Assembly: GCA_964583985.1 (NCBI GenBank)
Contig: CAZOYD010000085.1
Coordinates: 1 to 12,567 of the forward strand
Direction of reading: 5' to 3'
Length of the DNA: 12,567 bases
Source: an uncultured archaeon
Lineage (GTDB): Archaea > Asgardarchaeota > Lokiarchaeia > Sigyniarchaeales > SOKP01
The notes under the pieces are model-generated. The model ran no database searches, was not told the DNA's origin, and saw only the letters and a list, made by a program, of their open reading frames with translations. Positions within the stretch are counted from its first letter, which is position 1. Each line of letters begins with the position of its first letter. Shown here piece after piece: positions 7,430-12,567 of this stretch. The position numbers and the translations under genes are program-made.

Positions 7430-8215
7430 ATGAGACAACTAAATTACGATGAATTATGTTCTGATATTCAGTCTTGGATCAAACTATATGTACGTTCAGC
7501 AGGAGCAAAAGGAGTAGTAGTTGGGTTAAGTGGGGGAATCGATAGCGCTGTCACTGCTGCACTTTCGGTCAATGCAGTTGGGAAAAGAAATGTGATTACT
7601 GTTGGATTACCATGTGAGTCCATGAATAAAGATTTAGAAGATGCAAAATTAGTAGCAGAGTCATTAGGGGTTCGATTTTATACTGTAGATCTCTCTTCGA
7701 CATATAAGGAACTCTTAGGTTCTCTTCCTTCACAAATTGAAAAAAAAAAAATTTCATTATCAAATATCAAACCAAGATTGAGAATGTTAACTTTGTACTT
7801 TATAGCTCAATCAATGGGATATATTGTTGGTGGCACGGGAAACAGAACTGAGATTGCAATTGGTTATTTCACGAAATATGGTGATATAGAATTACTTAAC
7901 GTATTTCTACACTAAGGTGGTGTGGATATTGAACCAATTGGAATGCTTTATAAAAGAGAAGTAAGAGAGATCGCCAAAATTTTGAAGATCCCCGATAGAA
8001 TTATTATGAGAGTGCCGAGTGCTGGACTTTGGCCAGATCAGACCGATGAAGGTGAAATTGGGTTAACCTACGATAAGCTAGATGAAATCATATATAGAAT
8101 CGATTACAATTTAACTCTCGATAACTTAAACAATGAAAACGTTGAAAAAGTTAAAAATATGATGAAACTTGCTGAACATAAGCAAAAAATGCCACCTACA
8201 TACCGAATAGATTAA
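7430..8215 (+). CDS. nadE: NH3-dependent NAD+ synthetase, join(7430..7885,7916..8215), 251 aa after removal of a 30-nt intron
   Basis: VVGLSGGIDSAV (PP-loop), NIKPRLRMLTLY, GTGNRTE, GYFTKYGD|GGVDIEPIG, LYKREVR, PSAGLW..QTDE.EIGLTY. Both halves are in the same frame and otherwise intact. Confidence 0.93.
7886..7915 (+). other. Putative bulge-helix-bulge (tRNA-endonuclease-type) intron in nadE mRNA
   Basis: Central helix GGUG(7880-83)/CACU(7910-13), bulges AUA(7884-86) and AAG(7914-16), intron stem UAGAA/UUCUA plus UAC/GUA, exon stem UAU/GUG. Cuts after the 2nd nt of each bulge remove exactly 7886-7915 and restore YGD-GG. Confidence 0.85.
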
Positions 8216-8317
8216 AAACTGAATGATTTAAATCAAGATGATGTCAATAAAGTACTTAACCTAATGAAAAAAGCAGAACATAAAATTCAAATGCCACCTT
8301 CTTACAAGTTCTCATAA
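8216..8317 (+). pseudogene. Diverged orphan duplicate of the nadE 3' end
   Basis: In frame after the nadE stop, KLNDLNQDDVNKVLNLMKKAEHKIQMPPSYKFS* aligns with the NadE C-terminus TLDNLNNENVEKVKNMMKLAEHKQKMPPTYRID*. Confidence 0.8.
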
Positions 8318-8327
8318 AGAGTCCAAT

Positions 8328-9794
8328 TCATAAACTGGAGATTAATCTCCTTATTGTTGTTATCCGTTCGGTGATTTGTAACATTTTTGTTTTTATCTCA
8401 TCATTCTTTTGTTTATATTGCGTATCCGCAATTGAGCCCTTGTTATAACTCGCTTCTAATTCCTTGAATCCTTTTTCGACGGCATATCTCTTGCCCTCTA
8501 GAGCAATTAACTCTTGATAAAGAGCATCTTTATCAACTGGCATTTCATTAGTATCTTGTTCAGGAACGTGTTGACTTTCAGCATTTTTTTTGGTAAAATC
8601 TATAAATGAATTAATATGGATTTGTTCAGATTCTTTTATTTCTTTAACTTCAATAATCGGTTTAATATCTTTGTTTTCCCTGGTTTTGGGGTACTCTATT
8701 TCTTTTTTTGGCAATATGTGTTGCTTTTCTCCAACTTGTGAAAGTACATTGAATAGATCGTTTCCGCTTGATTTTATTGATTCCGTTTCAACTTCCTCCA
8801 CACTCACGCTTCTAATTTTAGGAGGTTCAACAGAAAAAGCTTGAATTATTTTTTCCTCGGTTGTTTCTACTACGTGAGGAGACTGATTAGAACTCTCTCT
8901 TACCATAGGCATTATTTTTCTCTTTTCTGTTATGATTGGTCTATTCTTAGGCTCTTCTATTACCTCAGTTATGATTTCTGGTTTCTTATTAGCTTTATTA
9001 ATAGGAATAGGAGTTAAATCTTTATTCACAACTTCCCTTGCAATCAAGGTTTCCGGTTTTGTAGGAATAGGAGTAAAATTTTCAAGTTCCACTTTTTTTA
9101 AGGGTATTTTCACTTCTTCAATTACCGGTTCTTTTTGTTCCTCTTTTGGAAGAATAGGTGAAATCGATTTTTCAATCTGAATTTCAGAGAGGGTCATCTT
9201 TTTTATATTTGGAATTTTAATCACGGGTGGAGCCAGTTTAGGGGTTTTTCTAGGAGTAATTTTTTGAACGTTCTTCTCATGTGAAATCTTATTTATCGTT
9301 TCGCTTTTTTTGTCTAACTCTTTCTTTAGACCATCAATTGTATTCTTTAGACTATCAATCTCTCCCTTGAATCGCTCAGAAACTTCACTCACGATTTCAT
9401 TTACATCTAAATTGGATGGAGTTTGTGCTATTTCACTCGATTTTTTTATTTGAACATCCTCTAATTGCTTACTAGTTTTTTCTGTTAACTCTAAAGTGTG
9501 ATCTATCTCTAATTTGTCATAAAAGTTTAAAAATACTTTAATATCCCCTGGAATTGTGGTTTCTGTGAACCAAAAATCTAACGTATCCCATTTTTCAAGT
9601 TTATCTCTTATCACTTCAACAAGATCTCTTTGTTCGGGGGTCAACAATTTACTTGCTAACCCATTGAATAATAGCAATAATTGCTCTCGAGCATCGATTT
9701 CATCATCTGGTGTCGGTTCCTTTTCTGTAAGAGAAATAAATATCTCTTTAATCGATGCCAATGACTCCTCAAATTTTTGTTCTTCTGTCATCAA
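8328..9794 (-). CDS. Hypothetical 488-aa protein: helical N-domain, coiled coil, Pro/Glu/Lys-rich linker, C-terminal helical hairpin (start may be ATG at 9791)
   Basis: Long ORF with a heptad segment (FKGEIDSLKNTIDGLKKELDKK), a low-complexity middle with repeated TPIP, and C-terminal ELEASYNKGSIADTQYKQK. Confidence 0.8.
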   Translation of the reverse strand: MMTEEQKFEESLASIKEIFISLTEKEPTPDDEIDAREQLLLLFNGLASKLLTPEQRDLVEVIRDKLEKWDTLDFWFTETTIPGDIKVFLNFYDKLEIDHTLELTEKTSKQLEDVQIKKSSEIAQTPSNLDVNEIVSEVSERFKGEIDSLKNTIDGLKKELDKKSETINKISHEKNVQKITPRKTPKLAPPVIKIPNIKKMTLSEIQIEKSISPILPKEEQKEPVIEEVKIPLKKVELENFTPIPTKPETLIAREVVNKDLTPIPINKANKKPEIITEVIEEPKNRPIITEKRKIMPMVRESSNQSPHVVETTEEKIIQAFSVEPPKIRSVSVEEVETESIKSSGNDLFNVLSQVGEKQHILPKKEIEYPKTRENKDIKPIIEVKEIKESEQIHINSFIDFTKKNAESQHVPEQDTNEMPVDKDALYQELIALEGKRYAVEKGFKELEASYNKGSIADTQYKQKNDEIKTKMLQITERITTIRRLISSL

Positions 9795-10056
9795 GAATAG
9801 TTAAAAGATTATTATTATATAGTGTAATTTTATTCTATTTAAGAATTTAAAAGCATTTCACTAATTTATTTTTATGTAATATCCTCAATAAATCTATTCA
9901 CCTCTTACTCCACGCTAAAACCCAATCAGTGCCGTGGTGAAAATCCGTTCTGAAAAAATAGAAATAAATTAATAAAGTTCAAATTTTACAATGGATTAGT
10001 TTTTATATCAAACCAATACATTGTATTGTGTATTAAAAATTTAAGGTGTATATCAG

Positions 10057-10449
10057 ATTAGTAGAGATGAAAAATGGGCTATTATTCATCTGTTTAGCTC
10101 ATATAATAATACCATCGTGACCGCAACTGATTTGAGCGGTGGCGAGACCTTCGCAAAATGCACTGGTGGAATGGTTGTAAAAGCTAGTAGGGATGAATCC
10201 AACCCCTACGCTGCCATGCAGTGTGGCTTTCGAGTTGCAAATGACATACGCGATAAAGGAATTACTGGTGTTCATATTAAAGTGAGGGCACCAGGAGGAA
10301 ACAAGAATACTACACCTGGTCCAGGAGCGCAAGCTTGCATTAGAGCACTCGCCCGATCTGGCTTGAAAATAGGTAGAATAGAGGAGGTCACTCCCAGATC
10401 TCACGATCACTGCAGGCGTAAGGGTGGTCATCGAGGGCGACGAGTTTAA
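10057..10449 (+). CDS. rps11: 30S ribosomal protein S11 (uS11), 130 aa, probable ATT start
   Basis: The frame extends upstream of the called GTG to include the conserved [24 protein letters not shown]. Also [45 protein letters not shown]. In-frame TAA at 10042-44 and SD AAGGTG at 10043-48. Confidence 0.96.
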   Translation: MSRDEKWAIIHLFSSYNNTIVTATDLSGGETFAKCTGGMVVKASRDESNPYAAMQCGFRVANDIRDKGITGVHIKVRAPGGNKNTTPGPGAQACIRALARSGLKIGRIEEVTPRSHDHCRRKGGHRGRRV

Positions 10450-10498
10450 AGACTTTTTCTTATTATTTTTTATTCCGTTTATAAGAATCAATAAGGCC

Positions 10499-10530
10499 TT
10501 CTCTTTTAAAAATTCTAATTTAAAAGAGAA
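10499..10530. repeat. Perfect 12-bp inverted repeat downstream of rps11
   Basis: TTCTCTTTTAAA (10499-10510) / TTTAAAAGAGAA (10519-10530) with an 8-nt loop. Confidence 0.7.
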
Positions 10531-10905
10531 ATTAGGGTATGGGGCTTTGTTTAATGCTCTTATATTCTCGAAGATGTGATTATCCTTGAAGTAGCTTTTG
10601 AAGAAGTATTTTAATATTACCATTAACATAAAGCAATATACCTGATACAGTTGGAATCCTGAAATATTTATTATTTTATTTCTAGATTATGTGTTTTTCA
10701 ATCTTGAAGGTCAGCTAAATCGAATTTAAAATTTGTTAATAGGGAAATTCTATTTACAGATCCCAATAAACATGATCTTTTTTATCTTACTTGTTAAGAA
10801 AACGATATTTGCTAAGAAAATGTGAGTTTGTATAAACGTTTAAATAAGAAGTTATAATTTTTAGTATCATCTATAAAAAAATAATTTTTATGAATGTGAA
10901 GTATA

Positions 10906-11388
10906 TTGGACATAAATACATTTAAAAAGACATTTACATTAATCTGTGATGAATGTGGGGAATTTGCACACACACAAATGGAATATTGCGAAAATTGTGG
11001 GGCACAGGCTATAAGGAATGCAACAAATGAGGATTATACGAGATATGAAATGGAGACAATAAGTGACCTTAAAAACCAGGAAATAGGTTTTGAGAAAGCT
11101 GAGGAAACTAAGATGATTAGAGAGAGAGCTGAGAAGGTATCTGAGAAAGCTAGGATTGTTGCTGAGAAAGCTGAGAAGACAGATGAGAATACTGAGAAAG
11201 TAGCTGAGAAAGCTAGGATTGTTGCTGAGAAAGCTGAGAAGAAAGTTAAGAAGAGGGCTGAAAAAGCTAAGAGGAGAGCAGAGAAAACTAAGGATGTTGC
11301 TGAGAAAGCTGAGAATGATGCTAGCAAAGCTAGGAAGAGAGTCAAAAAAACTAAAGAGGAAGCTAAAACGAAGGCAGAGAAATCTTGA
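10906..11388 (+). CDS. Zinc-ribbon protein with AEKA-repeat coiled-coil tail
   Basis: CDECG...CENCG at the N-terminus, followed by an Ala/Glu/Lys heptad repeat region. TTG start and strong oligo-T tract after the stop. Confidence 0.8.
   Translation: MDINTFKKTFTLICDECGEFAHTQMEYCENCGAQAIRNATNEDYTRYEMETISDLKNQEIGFEKAEETKMIRERAEKVSEKARIVAEKAEKTDENTEKVAEKARIVAEKAEKKVKKRAEKAKRRAEKTKDVAEKAENDASKARKRVKKTKEEAKTKAEKS
11129..11242 (+). repeat. Intragenic direct repeat, 63-nt period, built from GCTGAGAAA units
   Basis: CTGAGAAAGCTAGGATTGTTGCTGAGAAAGCTGAGAAGA occurs identically at 11141-11179 and 11204-11242. Confidence 0.85.
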
Positions 11389-11418
11389 CTTTTTTGTTTT
11401 TTTTGTGATTTTTTTTTT
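11389..11418 (+). terminator. Oligo-T terminator
   Basis: Three long T runs directly after the TGA at 11388. Confidence 0.65.
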
Positions 11419-11914
11419 CAAAAATTTATCCAAACCTACCGTTGCTCAAATTCGCGGATATTGAACTGATTAGGTGTGTCATTTACAACTTCTCTGTGAT
11501 ATTTCAATAGTTGCTGAAGATGCTATTTTGGGGCACCGTGCTCAGTTGTGGGGAGTGCACAGAAAGCTGTTTCACTTTGAATAAAAGTGCAAAACACAAA
11601 AAATGCTATTTCCTAAGTTAAGGGACTTAATCGACGTTTTTATATTATTCCAAACAAAGAGAAGACTTAAAAAACATCTAGTAAAAAAGTATTACTTATT
11701 TTTACTTTAGATATGTGTTTCAAATAAGAAGAAAAATGTTGCTGTTGCAATATTAGATTAATTGGAGTATTTATTCATATTTTTGGATATTATTACGATG
11801 ATTTACTCATATATTCACTTCAAAACGGGTGGGTAGAGATCAAATGTCCTATTTTTTTTACTTTTTCTTTTAATTTTGTTGGTAAATGTTTATTTAGACG
11901 TCTTATTCATCGTT

Positions 11915-12130
11915 TCATCCTTTACGAGAGAGAGCGCGTACCCCGTATATTATCAATATGATCCCTAAGATTGCTATGATGGGTAGGAAGTATTGAATGG
12001 TTAAAATCTTAAGTCCGAAGAGTTCTTTGGCATTAATGACTCCTGCATAGAGTAATAGTGGGAAAGCCATAAGGATACTTCCCATAATAATAAGGATGAT
12101 ACTTATAATGATCTTTTTTGCTTTGGTCAT
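11915..12130 (-). CDS. Small two-TM membrane protein, about 71 aa
   Basis: MTKAKKIIISIILIIMGSILMAFPLLLYAG...YFLPIIAILGIILIIYGVRALSRKG has two hydrophobic helices with basic flanks. ATG at 12130 is preferred over the longer ORF start. Confidence 0.7.
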   Translation of the reverse strand: MTKAKKIIISIILIIMGSILMAFPLLLYAGVINAKELFGLKILTIQYFLPIIAILGIILIIYGVRALSRKG

Positions 12131-12254
12131 ATGGTTCACAATTGGGTTATTTGATTCTATATCAAGTATAACATATAAAATTATCAAGTTTGGTTATATT
12201 AATATGGAAGAGAAGCTTTGTATACTAGTATACAAAGAAAAAAAGGTGATTTTC

Positions 12255-12530
12255 ATTAGCACCGTACGAATTGATAAGAGACATCTAAAATTATTGGATA
12301 AATTGATTTCACATTTAACCTTAAGAGGAAAAAAAATAAGCAAAAAGGATCTTATTGCCAAATTGATTGAAGAGGCAATGACAGCAGAAGGTCTTGAAGA
12401 GAATGAATCTTCAAATTCAATTATCGATGATTATGCATGGAAAGGATTGGATGATGTTTTTGAGTTAGGTATTAAAGATTTATCAGAAAAAGTTGATGAG
12501 GTTTTATATCAGATTAACGAGGAAGAATAG
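12255..12530 (+). CDS. Putative antitoxin (VapB-like, RHH-type N-terminus), probable ATT start
   Basis: (M)STVRIDKRHLKLLDKLISHLTLRGKKISKKDLIAKLIEEA, acidic tail, DLSEKVDEVLY motif. SD AAGGTGAT at 12243-50. Abuts a PIN-like gene. Confidence 0.7.
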   Translation: MSTVRIDKRHLKLLDKLISHLTLRGKKISKKDLIAKLIEEAMTAEGLEENESSNSIIDDYAWKGLDDVFELGIKDLSEKVDEVLYQINEEE

Positions 12531-12567
12531 ATGGTTGTTTTTTTAGATACGGGATTTATCTTAGCAG
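12531..12567 (+). CDS. PIN-domain (VapC-like) toxin, N-terminal 12 codons only
   Basis: ATG directly after the upstream TAG gives MVVFLDTGFILA, the typical PIN beta1 (hydrophobic-D-T) start. Confidence 0.7.
   Translation, partial: MVVFLDTGFILA

Noticed and set aside
7740-7751. A12 homopolymer in nadE as a phase-variation or frameshift site
   Set aside because: The frame is intact (EKKKI), and A-runs are common in this AT-rich sequence.
7913-7915. Selenocysteine or pyrrolysine readthrough of the internal nadE stop
   Set aside because: The codon is TAA, not TGA or TAG, and readthrough would leave 10 extra residues in a conserved active-site motif.
7886-7915. Insert as a MITE/IS footprint or a group I/II intron
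   Set aside because: There is no target-site duplication, and it is far too short for a self-splicing ribozyme.
7430-8215. nadE as a nonsense pseudogene or as two separate genes (161 aa + 97 aa)
   Set aside because: The break is a clean 30-nt insert with BHB geometry. Both halves are otherwise intact and in frame, and the GTG at 7922 is the Val of GGVD.
2772-9804. Short ORFs 2772-3020, 3884-4147, 4101-4328, 6488-6673, 8590-8844, 8932-9180 and 9556-9804
   Set aside because: All lie antisense within better-supported genes and show no motifs.
10099-10629. 176-aa minus-strand ORF
   Set aside because: Mostly antisense to rps11, and the unique part has no recognisable features.
11095-11385. Repeats as a CRISPR array
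   Set aside because: They are in-frame coding repeats without unique spacers, and no cas genes are present.
10939-11464. ORFs 10939-11433, 11034-11345 and 11219-11464
   Set aside because: Alternative-frame products of the stop-poor GCTGAGAAA repeat region.
12096-12254. N-terminal 53 aa of the 144-aa ORF
   Set aside because: It overlaps the divergent membrane-protein gene and intergenic DNA. The SD and the RHH-like sequence point to a start near 12255.

Overview
AT-rich archaeal chromosomal window. The uS11 sequence, GGTGA-type Shine-Dalgarno sites, oligo-T terminators and gene types suggest Asgard archaea (Lokiarchaeia-like), which is an inference. In order it carries: the 5' part of an extended-SDR epimerase, a small RHH regulator missed by the ORF track, an amidohydrolase, a ZupT/ZIP transporter, a tandem-duplicated Cys-containing V4R/DUF6125-like protein, a solitary NPPY-type DNA methyltransferase, two hypothetical proteins, NH3-dependent NAD+ synthetase (nadE), a long low-complexity coiled-coil protein, a stand-alone uS11, a Zn-ribbon/AEKA-repeat protein, a small membrane protein and the start of a VapBC-like pair. 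Main finding: the apparently split nadE is interrupted, inside the conserved FTKYGD|GG motif, by a 30-nt stop-containing insert (7886-7915). The insert and flanks fold into a canonical bulge-helix-bulge, and the predicted endonuclease cuts fall exactly on the insert boundaries. This makes it a strong candidate for a tRNA-type intron in a protein-coding mRNA. Also seen: a diverged second copy of the nadE 3' end, and three genes that appear to start at ATT.
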